A DNA stretch of 64,000 bases from Bdellovibrionota bacterium (GCA_044345405.1 JBIJBE010000009.1:1-64000), one strand, 5' to 3'; counted from the stretch's first letter, positions 11,601-21,245 are shown. Notes: generated by a model not told the origin, from the sequence alone. A program made the numbers and translations.

Positions 11601-12126
11601 GCACGGTGATAACGACCATCAAACGATCTCGAACCCCTCTCCTACCCGCGTAACCCAAGGCTCAGGAATCCTCTTCGTGCCAAGTGATCACAAAGAGGAC
11701 TCAACAACAAGCTCTGAGGACGAGGCACAACTCGTTGAGGAGTTGGTGAAGGAGCTCCTCTCCTGTTCCTTCACTGACAAACAGGGTACAACCCGAAAGC
11801 TCACCCTCGACGACATCATGATCATCGCTCCCTTTAACCTTCAGGTAAAAGAGATCTCCCGACGAATACCGAACGGACGGGTCGGAACCATCGACCTCTT
11901 TCAAGGGCAGGAGGCACCGGTCGCAATCGTCTCGATGACCTCGTCAAACATCAACGAGACCCCACGAGGACTCGACTTCCTCTTTAGTACCCAACGGATC
12001 AACGTAGCGTTATCACGAGCCAAAGCGCTCGCGATAATCGTGGGCTCGCCCCTTCTGCTCAAGACCCGCTGCAAGACACCTGAACAGATGCAGCTGGTAA
12101 ATTTCTTTTGCGCGTTGGGGAGGTAA
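8644..12126 (+). CDS. TM0106 family RecB-like nuclease fused to RNase H-like domain and SF1 (DNA2/NAM7-like) helicase
   Basis: DFL...YEVVDTK nuclease core, CAHCSICHWRTHC, YDIE...YSIKNLE...YNRKDC, Walker A GPPGTGKT, DEASQ, GDPCQL, FQGQE, RINVALSRAK. Confidence 0.9.
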   Translation: MKRFGDTVFYTATDLCNFSDCHYLVLRDKRSLYEKLEKTTEDEQAILITRKGREHEQRYHSTLTTQGTPPFEPLYSIPHDPIRERSVTEKALHEGHPYIYQAMLAKDNLWGLSDFLKRVEKPSKLGAFSYEVVDTKLGKSHKATYALQLCFYSELLQAIQGTLPEYAYIVDGTSTPRPYRIADYYSYYQNLKEEFLATISATDATSVAPEPCAHCSICHWRTHCKSHWEETDHLSRVARITGPQRKRLVNIGVSTMAQLASHEGEVPAKLAPRVFTRLKEQARLQIVGKEKPSLSFVHPDDGGIGFKSLPPQSDGDLFYDIEADPLIKAEALENEDFNLRDGLEYLHGFSFRNPDKTFGFTHFLAFTKAEERVAYESLMDFMIERVTKFPDAHIYHYSAYEIAALKRMSAQYPSRTDELDRLLKEKRFVDLYEVVRNAIRVSEPKYSIKNLERFYSEKRDLDVKGGGDSIVVFERYLETKDPEVLQKIIDYNRKDCDSTIELLDWLHDLKAQAAKEFKVDWSTINPPAPKKEKKLKEDEVPKSELEAARLQRYRTLFNADDLFETPREEYTTGQKLREKLFYLSDFYRREMKPAWWKFFSLKDSPEKQDSHVETLTNVRVDPSMPEGLSGRSRLLHYTFPPRETKLEKGDGVHDVRHDQDYGTIESIDPYQGTISIKLRGDATVYDHIDITKKPEQLTDSLREGLDRFLDAVGELELENLNNLKRNHPHTALIDILQRRDPVFKDGKPRPVIVPHSAQHPEFGAALYDAAINLDGSYLFIQGPPGTGKTYHGARLAAALMKAGKTVGVTSNSHKAVNNFLSEVDKVAHTEKTPFRGVKKSNKEGSSQCFQPEGDTSYVENCYKSESFDPDKYNLLAGTAWAFAYEHLYDKLDYLFVDEASQMSIAHLMAAGSSAKNLILIGDPCQLSQPIQGTHPADLHLSPLELLLGDNKTIPPHRGVFLDNCRRMHGEICTLLSKHVYENRLIAHGDNDHQTISNPSPTRVTQGSGILFVPSDHKEDSTTSSEDEAQLVEELVKELLSCSFTDKQGTTRKLTLDDIMIIAPFNLQVKEISRRIPNGRVGTIDLFQGQEAPVAIVSMTSSNINETPRGLDFLFSTQRINVALSRAKALAIIVGSPLLLKTRCKTPEQMQLVNFFCALGR

Positions 12127-12161
12127 CACCAACGCGGTGGCGCGTTACGCGGTAGAGGAGC

Positions 12162-12473
12162 TTAGGCGGCCAACTTTTTGGTGGTGATTGTATATTTGTA
12201 TCCCAAACAGTTGAGAACCCTCAGAAGGATATCGAAACTCATCTTATGCATCTTTATTCCAGCCTCGATCTGAGCGATGCGGGACCGAGATACACCTACA
12301 ACGCGGGCGAGCTCTTCTTGACTCAACCCACGGGCTGCACGCACCTTCACGATCATCTCCCTCAATTTTAGCTTTTGGTCGATCTCATTGATATCGACCC
12401 CAAGATCATCCGCCAATCGAGAGAGATTAACCTTACGCCACCTCATGAGCCCCCCTGCTTCGATTAAGTTCAC
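12162..12473 (-). CDS. XRE-family HTH antitoxin (HigA-like)
   Basis: RGLSQEELARVVGVSRSRIAQIEAG HTH, downstream of and overlapping a RelE-like toxin; true start may be slightly downstream. Confidence 0.8.
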   Translation of the reverse strand: MNLIEAGGLMRWRKVNLSRLADDLGVDINEIDQKLKLREMIVKVRAARGLSQEELARVVGVSRSRIAQIEAGIKMHKMSFDILLRVLNCLGYKYTITTKKLAA

Positions 12474-12798
12474 GAATTCTATGAAGAATGAGCTTTCTAT
12501 CTTTCGGCGATATCACCCTCGTCTTCTTGCGAGCCGCGTGAACAAAATAAATCACACCTGAAATCTTCGTATAGTAGAACAATCGAAAGTGCCCCTGAGC
12601 ATCTCGAATCCGGAGCTCCCACAACCCGTGCGCGATAGACCCGAGACTCCGAGCAAGCGGCATAGAGATTTTCTCTCCGCTTTCCATACGCCTCAAAAGG
12701 GTAATCGCCTCATAGCGTCCCTCTTCGGACATCTCAGCGAGAAATTCCCGAACCGGATCCCTCCCACTGGCAGTAATGTAATTCCGAATACCTACCAT
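12433..12798 (-). CDS. RelE/ParE family toxin (HigB / phage Gp49-like)
   Basis: SGRDPVREFL, GLWELRI, RLFY, HAARKKT; toxin-first order. Confidence 0.8.
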   Translation of the reverse strand: MVGIRNYITASGRDPVREFLAEMSEEGRYEAITLLRRMESGEKISMPLARSLGSIAHGLWELRIRDAQGHFRLFYYTKISGVIYFVHAARKKTRVISPKDRKLILHRIRELNRSRGAHEVA

Positions 12799-12802
12799 AT
12801 AT

Positions 12803-12818
12803 GTTAGCTCCAGCTAAC
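12803..12818. promoter_or_regulatory. Putative TA autorepression operator
   Basis: Inverted repeat GTTAGCT-cc-AGCTAAC 5 nt upstream of the toxin ATG. Confidence 0.55.
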
Positions 12819-13013
12819 TCCCAAGGTCAACACGCAAATCCAACAGACTCATACATTCAAAATTATATCGGAGAGACGTGTAAAAGGTTTCGTACTCACC
12901 CCCTGCGACACAAACCCAGCGCCGACTTCACGGGAGCGGTAAATACCTGGGTACAAGCCGCAACAGCCATGCTATGCAGAGGAAACCGCTTGTCGCTGAG
13001 CCCGGAAGGACCT

Positions 13014-13412
13014 ATGGAAAACAAGATCGCCCACCTCAAAATGATTATCGACCTCCTCGACATGGTCAATCGAAGCGACGTCTACGCCAAACGGTGGGCC
13101 GTCAGCTTCACCGCGGTCTTTATCGCCCTAGGAACACAGCAGCAAGGCTTCCACGTCGCGTATCTCGCCATCGTCCCGATGCTCCTTCTCTGGTTCATCG
13201 ACGCCCAGAACTACCGACGCGAGTTCCTCCTTCGCAAGCTTTACGATCGGGTTAGAACATCCCCCGAGGACCAGGTAGATTTCTCGATTGATATAGAAGC
13301 TCTCCCCGAAGCCCGCCACGGAGCGCTCAGGTGGATGTTCTCGTCGAACGCGCTCACCTTTTATGGAGCCATGATCGCTGGCGTGATAATCGTCGACGCA
13401 TTTGTGCTGTAA
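13014..13412 (+). CDS. Small multi-TM membrane protein
   Basis: ATG after AGGA RBS; MENKIAHLKMI...KRWAV...LWFIDA...LRKLYDRVR...DFSID with three hydrophobic segments. Confidence 0.7.
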   Translation: MENKIAHLKMIIDLLDMVNRSDVYAKRWAVSFTAVFIALGTQQQGFHVAYLAIVPMLLLWFIDAQNYRREFLLRKLYDRVRTSPEDQVDFSIDIEALPEARHGALRWMFSSNALTFYGAMIAGVIIVDAFVL

Positions 13413-13437
13413 GCAGAAGCCGGCTCTATCCCATTCC

Positions 13438-13492
13438 GGGAGGGCGGTCAGCTCGTCCCTCGTAGCCTAGCGAAGTGGGATCCTGACCGCCG
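13438..13492 (+). repeat. REP-like hairpin (GGGAGGGCGGTCA...TCCTGACCGCCG) with 30-nt loop insertion
   Basis: Arms are the reverse complement of the repeat found at 51111 and elsewhere; 13451-13480 replaces a single T. Confidence 0.75.
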
Positions 13493-13594
13493 CGTCACCT
13501 GAGGCGAAATCCGTATGTGATACGCAACCGTTCGACGACCGACCTGTCCCGAGCAACGTCGAGGGAGCAACGGTCGCCCTCCCCACACCTCATC

Positions 13595-14086
13595 CTACGG
13601 CCACAAAGGCAGTAGCGGCTGAATCGGATTACCCAACGCATCATTCGGCACAACCCGTGTAGTAGTCTCAGTCACCGTCTTACTTCCTCCAAGCGCCGCC
13701 CCAAACGGATCCGGCCGCTCGTACGTAGAGGTCACGGCGCTATAGCCAGTCGTCCACCCCGCGCTATTCGGTTCCTCAAAGGCTCGGAAACCTCCCCTCA
13801 TTGGACGCCCTACAGCGTCGTTCGGCACCACATTCGTCACCGTCTCAACAACCGTATCGCTTCCACCCAACGCTCGTCCCAACGGATTCGCCCGCTCGTG
13901 GGTTGAGGTCACAACCGAGTAGCCGGTTCCCCATCCAGCCGAGTTGCGCTCACCCACGCCACCAACAGGCGGAAGTACCGCAATCTGATTCGTACCTTGG
14001 TAGACGATGGTGCGGTCCGAGACCGGAAAGCCCTGCGCCGTAGCGCTCAGCGGTAGAGAAAGGATAAAGAGAAGAACGAGTCTCAT
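13595..14086 (-). CDS. Secreted protein with two internal ~50-aa repeats
   Basis: Signal peptide (SATA-Q); NSAGW..GYS.VTST.ER..P.G.ALGGS.TV.ET.T.VVPNDA.G.P occurs twice. Confidence 0.7.
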   Translation of the reverse strand: MRLVLLFILSLPLSATAQGFPVSDRTIVYQGTNQIAVLPPVGGVGERNSAGWGTGYSVVTSTHERANPLGRALGGSDTVVETVTNVVPNDAVGRPMRGGFRAFEEPNSAGWTTGYSAVTSTYERPDPFGAALGGSKTVTETTTRVVPNDALGNPIQPLLPLWP

Positions 14087-14306
14087 GGAGCACCTCACAT
14101 ACGCCCTTTAAGGTTATAATGAGTACTCTACCACGTTGGTGTATCAGGAAACGCACGTGTGTCATGAGATGAAACAGGCGACCCGCCCTGAACGGGGAAC
14201 GCACCTAACGAGTGCACGCTGCCGATACGGCCCCTCACTTGAAGGCTCAGGCACCCTAAGGGACTCTTGCCCATCAAATCACACAAACATGCCGGCGTTA
14301 TGGGTC

Positions 14307-15752
14307 TCACCGCTCCATAGGGGGTTCATCTATACCCACAAACGGTTTCAATCTCTCCAGTAGGTCAGGACGCGCCCGCAACTTACGCATCGCCTCAGCC
14401 GCAATCTGCCGAATCCGCTCTCTACACACGCCCAAGGAAGCCCCGATTTCACGCAAGGTATCCCCACCCTGCCGTTTCACAAGCACCTCATACTCTCGGT
14501 CTGTCAATGACGCCGAAGCCAACACCTCCTTCATAACGACGTGAAGGGTAGCCAAGTGGTCCGCTTGGCAGAGCTCCTCCATACCGTTCTCACGCTCATC
14601 TTTGAGGAAATCAATGAGCTTGGATTCATGACGTCCAGTCGCTGGCGCGAACAGGGAACAATGACGATCGGTTGCCTCAAGCGCGGCGATCGTTTCTTTC
14701 TTGAGATGGGTAGCCTCCGCAACCTCCTCAAGGTTCGGGTCTCGACCCAACGATTGAGTAAGCGCCGTGCGCGTCTCTCTTACATATTGTCGCCTCTCAT
14801 GCGCGTTAGCGGGAAGTCTAACCGAGGCACTACGGGTCGAAATCGCGCGCATCATTCCCTGACGAATCCACCAGGTTGCGTATGTGCTAAACTTAAAGCC
14901 CCGATCCGCATCGAACTTCTCAACGGCGTGAATCAAGGTGATGTTCCCCTCTTGAATCAATTCAATCATAGGAAGACCCCGATGTTGAAAGACCTTGGCG
15001 TTCGATACCACCAGTCGAAGATTCCCCTCCGCCATCTTATTTTGGTACTTCACCAACTCATCGAGGTGCGCCTCGGCCACAGCGATCCGCTTCTGCGCTC
15101 GACGCAAAGGCTCGCCCAGACGCTGCACCGCGAGTGAGGGATGTGCCTCAAGCTCTTTTACCTCCTCCTTAAAACGTTCAAAGACAGGCTGAACGGCTTT
15201 AACGCGCGAAAACCGACAATCCTCTAGAAGTAACGCTATCTTCCTTCGTTGCGCTATGAGCTCGCGTTGAGCCTCCTCGCGCTGAGATATACGTGCCCTT
15301 TGTCGATGAGCGGTCGCCACGAACGTATCGTTTTCTTTTAAGAGACATTTCGCCGTGCGGACGTTGGATTGAACGCGCGCTGCCCACCGATCGGCAGCCG
15401 CTTTCTTAAGATCAGGAGGGGCTAGAATTCGGTCGGTCCTTCGACCAGCCTCGAATTCATCAGTGAACACCTTAATAACTTCCCGCGCCACGAAGTCGCT
15501 CTTAAAGACGGTGCGATAGAAGTCAGCTCTCGCTTTTCGAAATCCGTGCGCGATAGCCAGCTCCTCTTTGCGAGAAAGGAGAGGAAAACGCCCACAATCA
15601 TTGAGGTACACCCGAACAGGGTCGCTCATGTCGCTACTATGTGATGTCGGTTTCACCGCAACTTTCGGCTCAGGAGCGGTCGGAGCCTTAAAAGGCGCTT
15701 CCCAAGAGCCGCGGTTACGCGGGAACAAACTCTTTGTGTTTATGCGATCCAT
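14307..15752 (-). CDS. RNA polymerase sigma70 factor, RpoD/RpoS-like, lacking region 1.1
   Basis: DPVRVYL (1.2), [34 protein letters not shown] (2.x), [19 protein letters not shown] (4.2); start uncertain (15752 or 15815). Confidence 0.9.
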   Translation of the reverse strand: MDRINTKSLFPRNRGSWEAPFKAPTAPEPKVAVKPTSHSSDMSDPVRVYLNDCGRFPLLSRKEELAIAHGFRKARADFYRTVFKSDFVAREVIKVFTDEFEAGRRTDRILAPPDLKKAAADRWAARVQSNVRTAKCLLKENDTFVATAHRQRARISQREEAQRELIAQRRKIALLLEDCRFSRVKAVQPVFERFKEEVKELEAHPSLAVQRLGEPLRRAQKRIAVAEAHLDELVKYQNKMAEGNLRLVVSNAKVFQHRGLPMIELIQEGNITLIHAVEKFDADRGFKFSTYATWWIRQGMMRAISTRSASVRLPANAHERRQYVRETRTALTQSLGRDPNLEEVAEATHLKKETIAALEATDRHCSLFAPATGRHESKLIDFLKDERENGMEELCQADHLATLHVVMKEVLASASLTDREYEVLVKRQGGDTLREIGASLGVCRERIRQIAAEAMRKLRARPDLLERLKPFVGIDEPPMER

Positions 15753-16015
15753 GCGACTATCCCTGTACAACGACCGGAGGCCGCAGATACTACTGCGGTT
15801 TACAGCGATTTTCACCCACAGTTTTTCACCGTCGTAGTGGCACAGTACGAATCTGATCTCAGGGGATTATTTGCGTTCAAAAATACACGCCGTAGGACGC
15901 GCCGTACCCGTTGTTTTACACTAAAAGTGGAATTTTGAACTCAGCGTACGTTGCTTACTGAGGGGCAGGCGGTTTACACGCGGATAGATCGGTCACTCTA
16001 GAGAGGACCGGATAG

Positions 16016-16047
16016 AAAAGAGGCATGCTCACGGGTAGCATGCCTCT
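16016..16047 (-). terminator. Rho-independent terminator
   Basis: AGAGGCATGCT/AGCATGCCTCT stem with adjacent A-run (U-tail on minus strand), downstream of the SHOCT gene. Confidence 0.6.
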
Positions 16048-16091
16048 CATAAAGTGTTGAAGGCGGCGGGCTATCCCGCTCCACGACCGAA

Positions 16092-16679
16092 CTACAATTG
16101 ATTTACAAGCTCAGACCTCTTCTTTTGATACTCCTCCTCCGTGAGCACACCCTCCTCTTTCAGTTTCTTGAGACGCTCAAGTCGCTTTTCCAAAGAGGAC
16201 GACTCTTTTACCGCAGGCGCCTTATCTTTTACGTTGTAGGAGACCGGACGAAGCGCCTTCCCGGCGGCGAGTCCATTAACCGCACCAAGTGCGGCTGGTA
16301 CCAGATTGACTGTCATCACCTCTGGGTACTTGTTGTCGGCGCCAACCGCCGAGTCGACGCCCCACCCGATTAAACCGCCTAGTACAATATTGCCGAAGGT
16401 AGCCCCCTCAGTACCGGATTCGCCAAATCCCTTCGCGTCAGTAAAGCCATCCTTGCGGCACACCACATCGATATCGTGCTTCGTTTTTTTCAGAGTAATC
16501 GCGCCAGGCGTATTCTCTACCGTACCGATGACTCGTCCCTCGCGAAGCAGCTCACATCGAGCCCCTGGTGGATTGGTGGCAACGGTAACGGTTTGGCTGC
16601 TGCCGGCTAAAATAGTTGCGCATCCCGTCGCACTACACACAACAAAGGAGACAATAAACAATCGAAGTATATGCATCAT
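16092..16679 (-). CDS. Lipoprotein with PEGA-like domain and C-terminal SHOCT domain
   Basis: ATGCATI lipobox, QTVTVATNPPGARC, GNIVLGGLIGWGVD, LERLKKLKEEGVLTEEEYQKKRSEL. Confidence 0.8.
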   Translation of the reverse strand: MMHILRLFIVSFVVCSATGCATILAGSSQTVTVATNPPGARCELLREGRVIGTVENTPGAITLKKTKHDIDVVCRKDGFTDAKGFGESGTEGATFGNIVLGGLIGWGVDSAVGADNKYPEVMTVNLVPAALGAVNGLAAGKALRPVSYNVKDKAPAVKESSSLEKRLERLKKLKEEGVLTEEEYQKKRSELVNQL

Positions 16680-16947
16680 GAGGTTCTCCAGACGTACCAA
16701 AGTCAACGAAGCAAGTATTCGCGGGACATTTCACAAGACGAACTATCGCTCCGAGAGCGTTACCCATAATTGGAAGGGACCCGCGACGACTTGCGTCAAA
16801 GGGAACGCTCAGGATCGTACGCCTGTGCCTTCACCTTTTGTCGCCGCAGCGTCGCACGAGATCACGCGTGATGAATATCAGGTGTACCACTGGATGAGAC
16901 GGCTTGAGGACTACGTCGCTAAGCGAACCAGCCTTGGCGATTCGAAG

Positions 16948-17580
16948 CTACTTTTGTAGCCATCCTCGGTCTTGTATCAGCTTAGCCGATAGGTCACGAA
17001 GCGCTGCATCGGTAACCTGTCGCACAAGATCGGGATAGTAGTCACCGTGACTGAAGAAGTAATGCTCCGACTCACCGGAGGCGTACCCCGTATAGTGGCG
17101 CTGACTTCCATCGGGCTTCTCAACCGTTAATCGAATTTCGGTGGTGTAGTCGGCGTAAATCGGGATAACCGGTGAGAGGATGAAAAAGCTAGCGCCTATG
17201 AAGAATCCTTTAATAGCGCCGAGCACATTGTTGTAATCCATCCGCTCTGCGGTGGCGACCGAGAGTAGAATCTTTTGCCGCTCGGGTAGCGCCTGGTCAT
17301 CTCCGTACACACTCGTAAAACTGTGAGAGGTGCGTAACTGCTCAAGGAGGCGATCCTTAAATAACGACGTCATCATAGCCGGCTTTCCATCCATCGTCGC
17401 CGACGAATACATCAGGACAGCCGAATATTTAGCCGTCCCCGGAGTGACCTCCGAGCTTGCGGTCTCAGGAAACGGCGGCTTGAAGGTCACCTTCATCCCG
17501 CAGCCACTAGCGGCGAGGACTACAAAAGCAAAAATGGCGATTAGCCGAAACGAACGGATATGTGCAGTAACGATGTCCAT
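16948..17580 (-). CDS. Putative lipoprotein
   Basis: LAASGC lipobox; internal hydrophobic segment. Confidence 0.65.
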   Translation of the reverse strand: MDIVTAHIRSFRLIAIFAFVVLAASGCGMKVTFKPPFPETASSEVTPGTAKYSAVLMYSSATMDGKPAMMTSLFKDRLLEQLRTSHSFTSVYGDDQALPERQKILLSVATAERMDYNNVLGAIKGFFIGASFFILSPVIPIYADYTTEIRLTVEKPDGSQRHYTGYASGESEHYFFSHGDYYPDLVRQVTDAALRDLSAKLIQDRGWLQK

Positions 17581-17673
17581 AGAGCTCCTTGAGATGTTGT
17601 ATGGAACGCGCCGTTTATGACGCCGGTCCGCTTAAGAAGGTAGGCGTTGGAAGGGTGGCATTCGATGAGGAGT

Positions 17674-18177
17674 TTACCGCGCCAACCGTATGGCATTCGC
17701 CACATACGTATACGTACAGCCTCCTCTCACGGTTAACGAGATACCGCTACCAGCCGAGCTCCCGTTTCTCGCAAGACTTTGGTAGACGACTACCAATGCC
17801 GCCTGACGACCATTTACAGATGTTCCTTTTACGAACTCCCATCGACGACCCCTATCACGTGACCGACCCGTAAAATCACCGGCATGATTTGTCGCCAAAT
17901 ACCCGGAGGATCCGCGGCTTGATAGAACGTGACGAAAATTGATTGAGGTAATGGACGTTCCGCACGTACTTGCGCCTGGGTAAAAAATGTATCGACCACC
18001 CCATAGTCCCTGGAAGTCAGTGTTTCTCTTCGCAGACAACTCAGGGGATGGCTCACCGCGAACAACACTTCGAGCCGCTCTAAGCGCTCGCACCCGAAGC
18101 GCCGCGTCACTAGCGAACACCTCCCCAGGTATATTCATCGCAAGTATGGCGGCGCAGAGTAGGTACTTTTTCTTCAT
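17674..18177 (-). CDS. Secreted hypothetical protein
   Basis: MKKKYLLCAAILA...VFA signal peptide; beta-rich body with two Cys. Confidence 0.65.
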   Translation of the reverse strand: MKKKYLLCAAILAMNIPGEVFASDAALRVRALRAARSVVRGEPSPELSAKRNTDFQGLWGGRYIFYPGASTCGTSITSINFRHVLSSRGSSGYLATNHAGDFTGRSRDRGRRWEFVKGTSVNGRQAALVVVYQSLARNGSSAGSGISLTVRGGCTYTYVANAIRLAR

Positions 18178-18343
18178 GATGCACGGCTTCCTAACCTAAA
18201 GAGCTATCCGAAAAGGCGTGGAGCTACCCTTTCGAATAGCCGCTCCCTTATCATGACTGTAAGAGCCGCTGTATATCAAACACGTGTATCAACCACTGAC
18301 ACACCTGTTTCACGTTCCCTCCTAGCGCGTCTATCCTGATCTC

Positions 18344-19411
18344 ATGCGCTCCCCTTCCCTCACTCTGGCTCTCCTCATATCTCTCCTCCTCCACCTTACC
18401 TCTCCCTATAAAGCACGGGCCGAAGAGGTATCCCCGAAACTCCTCGGCGGCATCTACGCTCCAAAGGCGGCGGGAGCGCGTGTAGCCCTCATCTTTACGT
18501 CGCAATCGGTGTGCAGCGGCACCCTTGTCGGCAAAAACCTCGTTCTCACCGCCGCTCACTGCGTGTACAACGACGGCGATCCCGCGAACTACACCGTCGT
18601 AGTCGGTGGTTCGAGTCACTCCGTGGAGAGCGCCTGGTACGATTCTGGATTTGACATGAATCGCCCGATTCCCGAGGTACGACCCTACGACATTGGGATG
18701 ATAGTCCTGGCGGAGCCCGTTACCACCAAAGCCCCCATCCCGATCCTCGTGGGACGCCGACCACGGGCGCGCCAACGCCTCTTCATCGCGGGCTACGGAC
18801 TCAATGAGCGAGACCCTGCTACGGCTAAGAGTTACAAGAGCCTTTTCAAGATCGGAGAGGTACGACTTGATGGAACGGATGGCGAGGTACTCTACAGCTC
18901 GCATAAGGCAACGCGTTCGTCGATCTGCGCCGGAGACTCCGGTGGACCCGCTATCCAATGGTACGGTGACTATGTTGCGCTCGTCGGAGTGGCGTCTTCG
19001 GGCACCAACACCGAACGCAAAGGACGGTGCGTCCTGGCATACGGCGGACAATCCGCGCACGTTGACCTTCAGTCATCGAACTCCCTTCATTTTCTCTCCT
19101 ACTTCGAAGGCGTCGAATACGCGACGTGGGGGAACATGACGCTCGCCAAGGTCGTTGATGAGATCAGGCCAAAACTCGCGAAAGGACTTCGGGCTCGTTC
19201 CCTCTCTCATCTCCGAAATATCGCTACACAAAGCCTACAGGCGCTCAGAAGAGCGGGACGGCGAACGACAGAGGATCGTCAGGCACTCATCGCTCAAGCG
19301 ATCACCGCGCTGACCGATGTGAAGTCCGCGACATCTCTCGCCACCGCTAAGGCGTCAGCGAAACAGGCTCAGACACGGATCGGGCAGATCGCAAAGATGG
19401 GGATCACGTAG
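18344..19411 (+). CDS. Secreted trypsin-like (S1) serine protease with helical C-terminal extension
   Basis: Signal peptide, CSGTL, TAAHC, DIG, ICAGDSGGP catalytic triad motifs. Confidence 0.9.
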   Translation: MRSPSLTLALLISLLLHLTSPYKARAEEVSPKLLGGIYAPKAAGARVALIFTSQSVCSGTLVGKNLVLTAAHCVYNDGDPANYTVVVGGSSHSVESAWYDSGFDMNRPIPEVRPYDIGMIVLAEPVTTKAPIPILVGRRPRARQRLFIAGYGLNERDPATAKSYKSLFKIGEVRLDGTDGEVLYSSHKATRSSICAGDSGGPAIQWYGDYVALVGVASSGTNTERKGRCVLAYGGQSAHVDLQSSNSLHFLSYFEGVEYATWGNMTLAKVVDEIRPKLAKGLRARSLSHLRNIATQSLQALRRAGRRTTEDRQALIAQAITALTDVKSATSLATAKASAKQAQTRIGQIAKMGIT

Positions 19412-19443
19412 CTCCCCATCGATGCACCCACCATAGGCTTCCT

Positions 19444-20133
19444 CTAGCACACCGCCCCGGCGCTTTCGACGATCTCACTTTTACTCTGGGCGTCCCTCTT
19501 GTGAAGATAGAACGGGTGAAATATCGAATGAGGTGAGTTCTCTTTCTCGGGGTCTTTTTGCATCGACGCATGCAGCGTAAAGCACTCGTTCAGGTCGATG
19601 CCCTCTTCATCGAGGTCGTCCTGATAATCCTCAGGATCGTAGTCTCGACTATCGATGTGGTGAGCCTCAATCGTTCCTCCCTTGCTCAAGGCGAAGGATA
19701 CCATAAGAGGGATAGCGGCTCGGCGCGGTCCGATAAGCCCCATAAGAGCGTAGGTCTCCTTAAATCCCATCCCCTGCATCCACTCCTTGTACTGATCATC
19801 GAGCATCTCGAAATCGATGCCGCTCCTCGTCCATCCCGTAATAAAGGAATCAAAACGAATCAGATCGGGAAACGCCGCGATCAGATCATTTCGAGAAATG
19901 AAGGTCACGCACACCTCCTTACCTTCCTCTGTATCAAAGTACAGCGCGACCGCCTCCGGGTTGAACGTTCCGTCATCGTTGATCGCGGTGCCCATCCCCA
20001 TTCGGTACCCCTTCTGCATAAACCAGACATCAAAGAGCTCGTCAAACGACGCAGCCCGCTCGATCCCCTCCAACAATTCCTTTCGCGTCTCTGGGGTTGT
20101 CTCTGGGGCGAATGTATATTCCTGTATCTTCAT
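19444..20133 (-). CDS. Hypothetical acidic protein
   Basis: 229-aa ORF with AGGA RBS; no family recognised. Confidence 0.6.
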   Translation of the reverse strand: MKIQEYTFAPETTPETRKELLEGIERAASFDELFDVWFMQKGYRMGMGTAINDDGTFNPEAVALYFDTEEGKEVCVTFISRNDLIAAFPDLIRFDSFITGWTRSGIDFEMLDDQYKEWMQGMGFKETYALMGLIGPRRAAIPLMVSFALSKGGTIEAHHIDSRDYDPEDYQDDLDEEGIDLNECFTLHASMQKDPEKENSPHSIFHPFYLHKRDAQSKSEIVESAGAVC

Positions 20134-20518
20134 AGTGGTCCTTGCCTCCGTATGTTGAATGCGACTACCTACCTATCGAGGCGCGGCGGGAAAAGTTGCG
20201 TCCGTTCGTCCTTTTTTGACGGACTCCGTGCGCTACATGAGAGACCGCGGTGCGGAGGACTCAACAGCCTTTGGCATTACCAAGGAGAGCTCTCCCAAAC
20301 GTCGGCCAATGGAATTGAGGTCGAGATCCGAGACATCCGTAAATAGGTGTTCCAAATCATCGAGATCCTGGAAAAGATCCGGCTAATTGGCGACCGACTG
20401 GCACTTAGCGAGAATCAGATCCTCGGGCTTAACAACCGGCAACATACGCGGAGACTATTCCCGATCTGCGCGGGGCGAGCACCGCAACCTCAACCACAGA
20501 GGGCAAACAGCCCGCCCA

Positions 20519-20815
20519 CTACCTCAAAACATCGATCCCCTTCGAATCGATAATGTTAAGAAGTCGCAGCGCCGCGTTCTGCGGCTTGACCTTCCCCTGC
20601 TCCCACTTCTGAACCGTTGAAGGATTAACGTTCAAGAGCGCGGCGAACACTCCCTGACTCACACGCACCCTATTCCGAAGCTCCCGTATCTGCCGGGCAG
20701 TTAAATCCTTTACCGCCGGAATATCAAGCTCTTCAAGTTGAGCTACGGTCGCCTTGGAAAATCCGAGATCCTTGGCGGCGTCAATCAAGGTTTGGGAGAG
20801 TGATTTCCTTTTCAT
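20519..20815 (-). CDS. HTH antitoxin (HigA-2/YiaG-like)
   Basis: IRELRNRVRVSQGVFAALLNVNPSTVQKWEQGKVKP. Confidence 0.85.
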   Translation of the reverse strand: MKRKSLSQTLIDAAKDLGFSKATVAQLEELDIPAVKDLTARQIRELRNRVRVSQGVFAALLNVNPSTVQKWEQGKVKPQNAALRLLNIIDSKGIDVLR

Positions 20816-20819
20816 AGAC

Positions 20820-21212
20820 CTAACCTTCTAGAGCGATAAGCTTTCCTTCAGCCCGTAGTATCGTTCTCTCCGCGCGGCTTAAAACTAAAAATTGTTGCGC
20901 GAATAGCCGTAGCTGGCTCACCTCATTTTCGGAGATCTCGTCGTTTTCATTCTTAAGGTAGCCGTGCAAAAAGAGAGCGACATCCTCAGATCGATACAGG
21001 AGAACCGCACGACCACCTCCTCTTTTCCCGCGACCATCGACCCCCAGCCGCTTCTTGTAGACATGAGCTCCCAAGCGATCCCCGAGCAGCCCTCTATCCA
21101 TCTCCAAGACAGTATCAAGAAGCGCTCTGTCAGAGATTCCAACCTTCTTTGCCCACTTGGCGAAATCCCTTATTTTATAAAGCTCTTGGCATCTTCGAAT
21201 TGCTTTTGTCAC
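20820..21212 (-). CDS. RelE/ParE family toxin (DUF1044-like)
   Basis: FAKWAKK.GISD..L, LGAHVYKKR, GRGKRGGGR, YLKNE..EIS; start uncertain (GTG 21212 or TTG 21242). Confidence 0.8.
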   Translation of the reverse strand: MTKAIRRCQELYKIRDFAKWAKKVGISDRALLDTVLEMDRGLLGDRLGAHVYKKRLGVDGRGKRGGGRAVLLYRSEDVALFLHGYLKNENDEISENEVSQLRLFAQQFLVLSRAERTILRAEGKLIALEG

Positions 21213-21245
21213 ACACCGCACCCGATTTGGGCGCTGTAGCAACTA

